Source: a virus
IMG/VR virus record: IMGVR_UViG_3300040801_001435
Strand: one strand, 5' to 3'
DNA length: 64,000 nt
Under the pieces are notes generated by a model, which was not told the origin of the DNA, made no database searches, and saw only the letters and a program-made list of their open reading frames with translations. A program made the translations under genes and the position numbers. The stretch's first letter is position 1. Each line of letters opens with the position of its first letter. Positions 10,354 through 18,558 of this stretch are shown one piece after another.

Positions 10354-10690
10354 TTCCTATACTAAACTCCCTATATTTTGGATCGAATGTGTCATTATAA
10401 TCTGAACTTTCAGTTTCTCTAATATTTCCATTATTAATTATGATATCATGTAATGTATTGTGATAACTAACTGAAAGTATAATAGATTCGTTTGGTTGCA
10501 TTTCTTCTTTTAAATCACTGTAAACATCCATTAATAGTTCATTTAATATTTCACATGTTTCACAAAATTTGTTTTTATCAAATATCGTATCAATTATAAT
10601 ATCATATAGTAGTTTTGTTTCATTACTATTATTTGTAATGACAAAACTGCTACTAGAACTATTTGCAACAAAAGATTGTCTTATTTTCAT
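10343..10690 (-). CDS. NSSS-motif family protein, copy 5
   Basis: MKIRQSFVANSSSSSFVI, GGAG RBS. Confidence 0.85.
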   Translation of the reverse strand: MKIRQSFVANSSSSSFVITNNSNETKLLYDIIIDTIFDKNKFCETCEILNELLMDVYSDLKEEMQPNESIILSVSYHNTLHDIIINNGNIRETESSDYNDTFDPKYREFSIGNDY

Positions 10691-10731
10691 ACTTCTCCTA
10701 TATACATATGTATGGCCTCTCCATCATACCA

Positions 10732-11034
10732 TTACCAATTACTAGTATCGGTTGACTGTTCTAATATTTCTAAAAATAGATCAGCAAAATCTGAAGCGTT
10801 GTATATTTCAATGAAATTAAATTCTTCACCAAAAGAATTATCTTTAAATCCTTCAAAGCTACCATCATCTAAATCATATTCAAGAGTTCGTTTTACTTTT
10901 TTCTGAATGTCTGTTGGAAAATACTCAAGATTATCCTTGAGAAATTCTTCTATTGTTTTTACATTTCCAGTTTTATTTATAACCACAAAACTACAGGAGC
11001 TACTATTTGATACAAAACTATTTCTTATTTTCAT
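10732..11034 (-). CDS. NSSS-motif family protein, copy 4
   Basis: MKIRNSFVSNSSSCSFVV; ATG 11034 in ATGA overlap. Confidence 0.85.
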   Translation of the reverse strand: MKIRNSFVSNSSSCSFVVINKTGNVKTIEEFLKDNLEYFPTDIQKKVKRTLEYDLDDGSFEGFKDNSFGEEFNFIEIYNASDFADLFLEILEQSTDTSNW

Positions 11035-11360
11035 GATTGATATGTCCATTGAAAGCGTTTAGTACCACCATGTTCTTTTAATCTTGATCTGAAAATTATT
11101 CCTATCGGATCTCCAGAATCATCTTCAAAAGTAACAGATGTTTTTCCAGGTTTTAAATTAGGATAATTTTTTGCAGAGTCCATTATATATTCTAACGGAA
11201 AGTTATACCATTCATCATCTTTCCAATCTTCGATAAATTCTTCAATAATTCCCATATGATCTTTAACAAATTCCTCAAACGGTATTGTTTCTTTTGTCTT
11301 ATTTAGAATAATGTATGAACTTGAACTACTATTTGCCACAAACTCTGATCGTATTTTCAT
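11031..11360 (-). CDS. NSSS-motif family protein, copy 3
   Basis: MKIRSEFVANSSSSSYII; ATG 11360. Confidence 0.85.
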   Translation of the reverse strand: MKIRSEFVANSSSSSYIILNKTKETIPFEEFVKDHMGIIEEFIEDWKDDEWYNFPLEYIMDSAKNYPNLKPGKTSVTFEDDSGDPIGIIFRSRLKEHGGTKRFQWTYQS

Positions 11361-11365
11361 ATTAG

Positions 11366-11827
11366 TTATCCTATTCTGGTTGCTCCAAATGTTTTCACAA
11401 CACCACATAGTCCACTTACATTCTCATCAGACATTTCTTTATAAATTTGCTGTTCTTCGTTTGTAAAATAATCAAGATCTATATCGTAGTCCATTTCAAG
11501 GGTATCATCATTCCAAAACTCTGAGTCACCTTCATGATTAGCAACATCCATTGTAAATACATCTGAATATTGAGGATCATAATCAATATATAATTCAGTT
11601 CCTTCTGCTTCAAATTCTACTCGATTAGTGTTTCCATCAATATATACTTCCAACCAATAATCATCTTTTTTTGGATATTTCAATTCTCTAACATTGTAAT
11701 TATAATGATTTGTAATTTTATGCTTCCTAAGCCATGAGTTAAATACATCTCTGTTTTTAATATAACCAATTCCACACATAAAGCTACTGGAACTACTATT
11801 TGCCACAAAACTTGACCGTATTTTCAT
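11366..11827 (-). CDS. NSSS-motif family protein, copy 2
   Basis: MKIRSSFVANSSSSSFMC; ATGA overlap with the phosphatase stop. Confidence 0.85.
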   Translation of the reverse strand: MKIRSSFVANSSSSSFMCGIGYIKNRDVFNSWLRKHKITNHYNYNVRELKYPKKDDYWLEVYIDGNTNRVEFEAEGTELYIDYDPQYSDVFTMDVANHEGDSEFWNDDTLEMDYDIDLDYFTNEEQQIYKEMSDENVSGLCGVVKTFGATRIG

Positions 11828-12321
11828 TTGTAGTTTATCCGACGAAGTTCATTTATATCTTTGTCTGAAATGTCTTTTCCAAAAGCTTTCATACATAATT
11901 TATATATATGAAAATTTGGGGCATATTGATATATCCCAAATAAACGTACAGGATTATCACCAAGGTACATTTCTCTTATAGCAAATGCTACAGCGGGAGA
12001 TCTTGATACTCCAGCTTTACAATGAACGATAAAAAAGTCAACATTGTTTTTGTACGTTTCTACAAAATTACGAATTTGTATAGCATGATTCAAATCCATT
12101 AAAATATCATTTTGCAGAGTTCCACCACCACAATTAAGAGATTCTATATCGGAAACTTCCAAAGATAAAACCCCTTTGAGACTATCATTAGGAAAAAATT
12201 TTGCTGGACCGTCACCTTCAAAAGTATCATACATACTTATAATTGCATATACGGAATCGGATTTTTTATATGCAAACTTTTCTGCTTGTGCTCTAGACAT
12301 AATTTTGACAGAGGTAAACAT
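11824..12321 (-). CDS. protein tyrosine/dual-specificity phosphatase-like (CX5R)
   Basis: VHCKAGVSRSPAVA P-loop. Confidence 0.85.
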   Translation of the reverse strand: MFTSVKIMSRAQAEKFAYKKSDSVYAIISMYDTFEGDGPAKFFPNDSLKGVLSLEVSDIESLNCGGGTLQNDILMDLNHAIQIRNFVETYKNNVDFFIVHCKAGVSRSPAVAFAIREMYLGDNPVRLFGIYQYAPNFHIYKLCMKAFGKDISDKDINELRRINYK

Positions 12322-12432
12322 TTCAATTCCTTTACTATTGATCGTATGACAAATTTATTATGAATTACATGGATATTGTAATAATCATAATATCCGTCAA
12401 TTAATTCAGAAAATCCATAACCTATTTCGTCA

Positions 12433-12723
12433 CTAGTCATATGTAAAATCAACTTTTGACATATCAATCCCAACACGTTCCATAAACTCTTCCATATCAA
12501 AGTTATCCATAAAAGTATTACCAGTCAATGTATTAGCTTTGCGATCTATTGATATTCTCCACCAATCATATTCATCAGTAAAGAAATCTTCTCTGGGAAA
12601 TTTCATTTTTGCATAATCAATATGATTTTCAATCATATAAATTTGCTTAGCAGTAATATCATCTAAACTAATAACAAAACTACTACTTGAACTATTTGCT
12701 ACGAAACAAGTTCTACATTTCAT
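12433..12723 (-). CDS. NSSS-motif family protein, copy 1
   Basis: MKCRTCFVANSSSSSFVI; ATGA overlap. Confidence 0.85.
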   Translation of the reverse strand: MKCRTCFVANSSSSSFVISLDDITAKQIYMIENHIDYAKMKFPREDFFTDEYDWWRISIDRKANTLTGNTFMDNFDMEEFMERVGIDMSKVDFTYD

Positions 12724-12974
12724 ATGTTTTTCCCTTCAGTTGTTAGAAAGTGTTTAAAAAGTTTATAGTCTATTTTGATAAGAGTTTCTAAATAGATTTT
12801 TTGAAAATCTGATAAACTATCAATTAAACAATTATAGTTGCTACTATAATTCTGAACGGGTTTCAATTGACACATACATTCATTACAACATGTGTTATAT
12901 TGAAAGTGGACAGGAAAATCTTCCTGTTGTCCACTGTACTTACCTGTTATATTTCCACAAACAATACATTTCAT
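12720..12974 (-). CDS. small Cys-rich (Zn-binding) protein
   Basis: CIVC and CCNEC; ATGA overlaps at both ends. Confidence 0.6.
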   Translation of the reverse strand: MKCIVCGNITGKYSGQQEDFPVHFQYNTCCNECMCQLKPVQNYSSNYNCLIDSLSDFQKIYLETLIKIDYKLFKHFLTTEGKNI

Positions 12975-13450
12975 ATTTTTACCAAAGTTCTCTTCGTGTC
13001 CATTACATCATTTTCCCACATTGCCATATCTGATACTCGATCATATACACGATCAAATATATCAATTCTTTTTTCGTCGATTCCTCCACGAAATTTCTCA
13101 CCACGTTTTAATTTCATAGCTACATCAACTTTATATCCTTTTTCCAAGAATTTTCTGATGTTTTTGATTTTGACATCAAAATCATGTTCTTGCATAACTG
13201 ATGAAATTTGTACTTCCTTAGTTTTTATCTTCTGTTGTTTTTGGTTCTTTTTCTGGTCGAAGTTTTTCTTATCAATGTCCATGATTTTACAAATTGGAAT
13301 ATCAGCATCTTTGACAAGAACTAATGGAATTCCAATTTGTTTTGCTTCATTGAAAGCATATTGAAATGTAACATACCCTCTGTTGGTATTTGTATTGTCA
13401 ATCAACAATACTTTTCTTCCAGCATTAAATGAATTCTTTTGTAGTTTCAA
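12971..13450 (-). CDS. infC: translation initiation factor IF-3
   Basis: VLLID...LVLVKDADIPICKIMD...KEVQIS...EHDFDVKIKNIRKFLEKGYKVDVAMKLKRGE; TTG start behind GGAGATG. Confidence 0.9.
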   Translation of the reverse strand: MKLQKNSFNAGRKVLLIDNTNTNRGYVTFQYAFNEAKQIGIPLVLVKDADIPICKIMDIDKKNFDQKKNQKQQKIKTKEVQISSVMQEHDFDVKIKNIRKFLEKGYKVDVAMKLKRGEKFRGGIDEKRIDIFDRVYDRVSDMAMWENDVMDTKRTLVKI

Positions 13451-13655
13451 CTACATCTCCTGTTTTTTTATCAACATTAAAAACTTTACCAATAAATATT
13501 TCTGAATTACGAATAGCACAAAACTTTGTTTGTCCTATTCTATATCCATTAATATGTTTTTCAACGAAAAATGATTTCATTCTGGAAACAGAATCTTTTC
13601 CAGAATATATTTTATGAACTCCAGATTTATCAGAAATAATACAATATCTAGTCAT
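13425..13655 (-). CDS. hypothetical protein
   Basis: 76 aa; ATG overlaps the TAA of the frameshifted upstream gene. Confidence 0.6.
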   Translation of the reverse strand: MTRYCIISDKSGVHKIYSGKDSVSRMKSFFVEKHINGYRIGQTKFCAIRNSEIFIGKVFNVDKKTGDVVETTKEFI

Positions 13656-13974
13656 TAGAATCCTCTATTATGTGCAACAATTTCGCCGTATTCATTGTCA
13701 TCATAAACGCTAAAATTGTCAAATATACTTTGCCTAAATTTATAAAGAACATCCTCAAGCTGTTCATTTGTAAGTTTATGAAGATCATTCCTTAAATTAA
13801 TTAGATCGTCTCTTCTATATTCTGGTTCATCATCAGATATATTTAAAATTTTTTTGTACTATCTGATAAAAGATCATTTGTAATGTAATTTTCTCGAATG
13901 TAATCATCTATATAATCTTCAGCAACACTTATTGCTGAAGATCTTTTATATTCAATAGTTGATTCAATACTCAT
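13655..13974 (-). CDS. hypothetical protein requiring a -1 shift at A AAA AAA (13849-13855)
   Basis: ATG 13974 frame stops at 13843-13845; the -1 frame ILNISDDEPEY...NRGF ends at TAA 13655-13657, overlapping the next ATG. Confidence 0.65.
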
Positions 13975-13986
13975 TAGTTATATCCT

Positions 13987-15132
13987 TTACACATCGTAAA
14001 CTGGACAATTTCGTTTATTTTTAATTAATGTATTTCTCCATTCAATAACTCTGGGATTAAACCACACGTCTTTCAAAAAGTCGCCGCAATCAACCACAGA
14101 AATACCTTTCTCCCATCCAGGAGTTCCTTCAATAAATGAACAAGGGAAAAATTCACCATCAACATTAATATATGAAGAAAACAATCCGGATTCACATGGT
14201 TCACATGTCAACTCATAGATTTTTTTATTAGGCATATCTTCAACACTCTTCATGAATTTATTAGCACAACAGCTATCAAATCCAAGAGGAACATTTTCTT
14301 GTAAGCAGTATTTAACAAGTTTTTTAAACTCATCAAATTTAACCTTATTAAATCCAACACCTCTTCCTTTCTGTTTCAATCCAAGAAGAACAATTGCATT
14401 TAGATTATCTTTAAGACCACTATAGTTAGATAGATAATCTTCAACAGTTTCATATACATGATCCAAAGTTTCATCTGAAATCATGATATGAATATTTACT
14501 TGATTAAGACCTGATTTTTTAAGATTTGAAATACCATCATAACATAAGTCTTTATCATCATATCTACTTACACTTACTGCTCCACACACACTTGCTAATT
14601 TTTCAGCAAGTTCTGTATCACAATCAGACACAGTAGTATTTGGAACATATCCTTTTTCACGGCAATATTTGAAAATATCATACCATTCAGGATTGCTACT
14701 ACAATCACTATCCACTCCAAATGCTACTTGTGTAAGAGCAAAAGGATACTTATCTATCACTTTTTTAAAGACATCAAGTGACATATTAGAACCCCGATTG
14801 GGTGTATTATTTTTGTAACAAAATGTACAAAGTTTTCCCCCAGGCCCTTTGCATTTAGTGGTGATTTCAATATCAGCAATTTCAGGGCCAAAAGGACTAA
14901 ACATAGGATCGTGAGCATACGATCTACCAAATCGTATAAATGCTCCTGTTTCTTTGTTAAAGTCATAATTGTATTCTCTTGATGTGATGCTTTTGTGTAT
15001 TTCATTATTAATCGGCGCATAAAAATTACGGTTTTTCATAAATCGCCGAATATGTTTTCTGATATATTTCCTATCAGCACCAGTATATTTACAAATTCTG
15101 TCAGTCATAATCTTTCTAATAGAAGTCTTCAT
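13987..15132 (-). CDS. radical SAM enzyme with C-terminal SPASM/twitch-like region
   Basis: DIEITTKCKGPGGKLCTFCY (CX7CX2C); C-terminal CEPCESGLFSSYINVDGEFFPCSF...RNCPVY. Confidence 0.85.
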   Translation of the reverse strand: MKTSIRKIMTDRICKYTGADRKYIRKHIRRFMKNRNFYAPINNEIHKSITSREYNYDFNKETGAFIRFGRSYAHDPMFSPFGPEIADIEITTKCKGPGGKLCTFCYKNNTPNRGSNMSLDVFKKVIDKYPFALTQVAFGVDSDCSSNPEWYDIFKYCREKGYVPNTTVSDCDTELAEKLASVCGAVSVSRYDDKDLCYDGISNLKKSGLNQVNIHIMISDETLDHVYETVEDYLSNYSGLKDNLNAIVLLGLKQKGRGVGFNKVKFDEFKKLVKYCLQENVPLGFDSCCANKFMKSVEDMPNKKIYELTCEPCESGLFSSYINVDGEFFPCSFIEGTPGWEKGISVVDCGDFLKDVWFNPRVIEWRNTLIKNKRNCPVYDV

Positions 15133-15147
15133 TTACTTAAGTCCTTT

Positions 15148-15921
15148 CTAATATGATGTTATGGTATATGTTTCTTTAAATTTATATATGATATCAACAA
15201 AAGTATTTGGAATATATTTCAAAGTTTCTTTAACAATCCATTCCGGGATATCATCATAATATGCTTCAGCTATTGCTCCTGCAATAGAAGCCTGTGTATC
15301 AGCATCTCCCCCAAGAGATATCGCTAATCTAATTGCATCTTCAAAACTTTCTGATTCAAGAAAACAGATAATTGCCTCTGGAACAGATGTAGCTGCTCTT
15401 GAAGAAAAATTATAGGATGGCCGAATACTATCAACTGTTCTATCGAAGTTGTATGGTGAAATCGTTTTACAAACATCTCTAATTTCAGATTTTTTATATC
15501 CTTCAATAGACATATAAATACAATATGCTACTAAATTGGCACAACAAATAGCATCAATATTATTATGGCTGCACTTGGCTGATTTTCTAGCTTCGATAAT
15601 AATATCTGTGTCTTCAAATGACCATCCAATTGGAGAAATTCTCATTGATGCACCATTTCCCCAACTATCACTTTCAAATGGATTTTTTATCCATTCTTTG
15701 AACATTTTGCCATATCCTGCATCAGGATATTTTTTTCCATACTTGACATACTTTTCTTGATAATCATACGTGTTATCAAGAATTGCCTCAGCAGTAGCTA
15801 TTGTTAATACAGAATCATCTGTAAATTTACAGTCTGAATGAAATAAATCAAAGTCTTTTGACTTGATTGTACTTCGTTCAAAACGACTACCAATAACATC
15901 ACCGATTATTGCACCGATCAT
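15148..15921 (-). CDS. ADP-ribosylglycohydrolase (DraG/ARH family)
   Basis: GAIIGDVIGS, FTDDS, GNGASMRISP, GGDADT. Confidence 0.93.
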   Translation of the reverse strand: MIGAIIGDVIGSRFERSTIKSKDFDLFHSDCKFTDDSVLTIATAEAILDNTYDYQEKYVKYGKKYPDAGYGKMFKEWIKNPFESDSWGNGASMRISPIGWSFEDTDIIIEARKSAKCSHNNIDAICCANLVAYCIYMSIEGYKKSEIRDVCKTISPYNFDRTVDSIRPSYNFSSRAATSVPEAIICFLESESFEDAIRLAISLGGDADTQASIAGAIAEAYYDDIPEWIVKETLKYIPNTFVDIIYKFKETYTITSY

Positions 15922-15931
15922 AGTTGTCCTT

Positions 15932-16216
15932 TCATTTTGTTGGTTTAAACAGTGGGTCTTTTTTACTTATCCATGATATCCATTTATTAACATCTTCATT
16001 TTCAAGTAAAAGGTCTATTGTATAATAATTTTCAGCAAGTTCTTTATTATCAAATATTTTATGCATTTGATAATGACAAGCAGAACACAATGCTGCTGTT
16101 GTATTCAATTGTTCTTTTGTAAACTTTCGAGTAAACCTTTTATTATGTTTTTGTTTAGGAATTAAATGATGTCCTTCTATTTTACAATTATCTCTTTTAC
16201 AAAGCGAACATTGCAA
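15932..16216 (-). CDS. HNH-like endonuclease
   Basis: CSLC...EGHHLIPK...LCSACHYQMH; TTG start at 16216 behind AAGGAG. Confidence 0.7.
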   Translation of the reverse strand: MQCSLCKRDNCKIEGHHLIPKQKHNKRFTRKFTKEQLNTTAALCSACHYQMHKIFDNKELAENYYTIDLLLENEDVNKWISWISKKDPLFKPTK

Positions 16217-16602
16217 ATAAATATTCTCCTTTCGAAATAAAAATATCGGGATAACATACAGCATTAATAGGCCCAGTTCGTTATACTTAACAAACGTAAA
16301 GTTGACTTGTTAAGGGGGTTTAACCCTCGAACTGTGTACTTTCCGTGTTATGTATCCCGATATGTTAAGAATTTCTGTTGTAATGGTTAGATTATACAAA
16401 TTTTTTGCGTATCTCGAAATACCTGACTATTAGCTAAACTATATTGAAAATAATAAATATAATATACTCTAAATATAAGTTTAAACTAATAATAATTTAC
16501 AAGCTAAATAGCCACTTTACAAAGATAGTCACAGTGCATATGTATCCAATATTATTAGAAATTCTAAAATTTTAGTTTCTCTATATTATAAGGGTGGCGC
16601 AA

Positions 16603-16628
16603 GTAACTATTTGAAATGGCAACTATAT
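16603..16628. repeat. 26-bp dispersed repeat, copy 1
   Basis: gtaactatttgaaatggcaactatat; 25/26 identical to 57910-57935. Confidence 0.9.
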
Positions 16629-16674
16629 TAGTATTTCAAGTGATTTCCGTATTTTATCTGATATCACTCGTTGT

Positions 16675-17091
16675 TCATGATACGCAATTTTTAATATAAA
16701 AACTTGTTATTAAAAAAGAGCCATTTGTATTTTTAAGCCCGTATGGAACAAGTTGTATTTTAATATTTGGTATATCCAACAATTCTGCAAAATCAGGCCC
16801 ATGAAATCCTGTAAGTGGTCTTATTTTGAACCAACATGTGTCTTGATAAAAATACATATTTAAAATAATACAACATGCATTAGATATTTCTATTACACAA
16901 TGTCTTTGTCTAATATTATCATATGGTATACTATCATGTATCATTGGGAATCCACTTTCGACAAATAGCGTTTTATTTTTAATTTTTGGTTCTAATTGTT
17001 CTTTAAATTGTTTCTTATCCAAAAATATTTTATCTTTATTATTTTCATCAAAAGTAAAAAGATCACTCATTCGTAGTAAATATGTTTCCAT
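16675..17091 (-). CDS. hypothetical protein
   Basis: 138 aa, AGGAG RBS. Confidence 0.65.
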   Translation of the reverse strand: METYLLRMSDLFTFDENNKDKIFLDKKQFKEQLEPKIKNKTLFVESGFPMIHDSIPYDNIRQRHCVIEISNACCIILNMYFYQDTCWFKIRPLTGFHGPDFAELLDIPNIKIQLVPYGLKNTNGSFLITSFYIKNCVS

Positions 17092-17469
17092 ATATCGTTA
17101 TTCTCCTGGGATATTGGACTTTCCAATATTCCTTATTTAATTCCGTGTAAATATTCAACCATTTGTGATTGATACTGTTCTGTTGGTTCAGGTAGTTCCT
17201 TTTTTAATATATTATACATTCTTTTAAATTTTATTTTATCAAGCCAAGATGCGTGTTTAATAAGCACATCTAGGCACAACATACACAAATACCCCGAATG
17301 AGTATTATGTGAGTTACTATACCAGTCAAATGATGCATTGTAAATATCTACAATTTCATATGACTTAGACTGTTCCAAAATCCTATCAATGATCGGTTTA
17401 AATATCACGTTGTGAGTTCCTTTCTTTGTAGTTAGTTCAGTTTACACAGATATTTAAAAATTTCTATAG

Positions 17470-18102
17470 TTATTGTTTAATTATACAATTTTCTTTTTTG
17501 AAAGTTAACATTAAAAGTCGTGGTATTTCTCTTGCTATTAATCCATCTTCAGATAATCCATATGGACATGTCCATGCACCATGCAATTTATTTGGAGACA
17601 TATCTACACTTTCAAAATCTGATAGAATATCTTTAAATTGGGATCTTATACTGGATATATTTTCTTTACCTTTCAGATGAACTATTATATGAAATGATCT
17701 TTTTCCAGTATAATATATTGTTTGATTTTTAAAACCAACTTTCAATAGATAATCGTATATAAACATTGTATCTTCTTTATTTTTACTAAAATCTTCACCA
17801 TCGATATCAACAATACATATATTTTCTAATTCTTTCATAGTTGGATAAAGAACAAGCGTTCTTCCAGTTATTATTTTTTCATAATTATCGTTTGTTAATA
17901 TAATTTTACCATCTTTGAAATTTCGTCTGATAATTGTTTTATTTGTATCAATTGCTATTCTAAACATTATATAGCGATCTTGTGTATATGCTAATATTTT
18001 ATTCTTATTTTTGATATAATGTTTATAAATTGTATCTTCTGGCAATCCTTTCGGATAATACTTATTTCTTAATATTATTGTTTGTGGATTATTCGGAAAC
18101 AT
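17470..18102 (-). CDS. AEP-superfamily primase/polymerase (LigD Pol-like)
   Basis: CIVDIDG (motif I DxD) and YYTGKRSFHIIV (motif II). Confidence 0.75.
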   Translation of the reverse strand: MFPNNPQTIILRNKYYPKGLPEDTIYKHYIKNKNKILAYTQDRYIMFRIAIDTNKTIIRRNFKDGKIILTNDNYEKIITGRTLVLYPTMKELENICIVDIDGEDFSKNKEDTMFIYDYLLKVGFKNQTIYYTGKRSFHIIVHLKGKENISSIRSQFKDILSDFESVDMSPNKLHGAWTCPYGLSEDGLIAREIPRLLMLTFKKENCIIKQ

Positions 18103-18508
18103 CTAATTCAAAATGACTTATTAATTCTATTAAATCTTGGTGTTCTTCACTGAAATCAATTTTAACATTTAGTTTTTTATTGCATTGACACTCGTATATT
18201 AGATTATTTACCGATTCCAGTAATTGATCGTTTTCTTTTAATTGTAGTATTCTTAATTTACTAGCAAATATAAGATTGCAATCATATTGTCCTGTATTTG
18301 GATTAACTACAGGATACATTAAATTTTCACTGTCCAAAAATGCATGATTACCTACTCTATTAAGAAGCTCTTTTCTGTTATCAATATTTTCAAAAAAAGT
18401 TTTGAATTTAAGAGGTACACTTAAATTCACTGTTTCGTTTAATATATTTTGTAGTTTTTGTTTATCAAATAAGTCACCTTCTGATAAAACTTGCTTAGAT
18501 ATTATCAT
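18089..18508 (-). CDS. hypothetical protein
   Basis: 139 aa, AAGGTG RBS. Confidence 0.6.
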   Translation of the reverse strand: MIISKQVLSEGDLFDKQKLQNILNETVNLSVPLKFKTFFENIDNRKELLNRVGNHAFLDSENLMYPVVNPNTGQYDCNLIFASKLRILQLKENDQLLESVNNLIYECQCNKKLNVKIDFSEEHQDLIELISHFELDVSE

Positions 18509-18526
18509 TATTTCACCTTTAAAAAA

Positions 18527-18551
18527 ATCCAGGGAACATTTGTCCCTGGAT
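18527..18551 (-). terminator. intrinsic terminator
   Basis: atccaggga/tccctggat stem followed by T7 on the minus strand. Confidence 0.75.
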
Positions 18552-18558
18552 AGTATTG

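Noticed and set aside
12237-12500. Track ORF between NSSS copy 1 and the phosphatase
   Set aside because: Overlaps both neighbours, lacks the motif and a clear RBS; at most a short spacer ORF from ATG 12440
8936-12723. Ser runs as a DNA microsatellite or serine attenuator
   Set aside because: Codons mix AGT, AGC, TCT, TCA and TCC, and the runs sit inside full-length ORFs with no terminator/antiterminator after them
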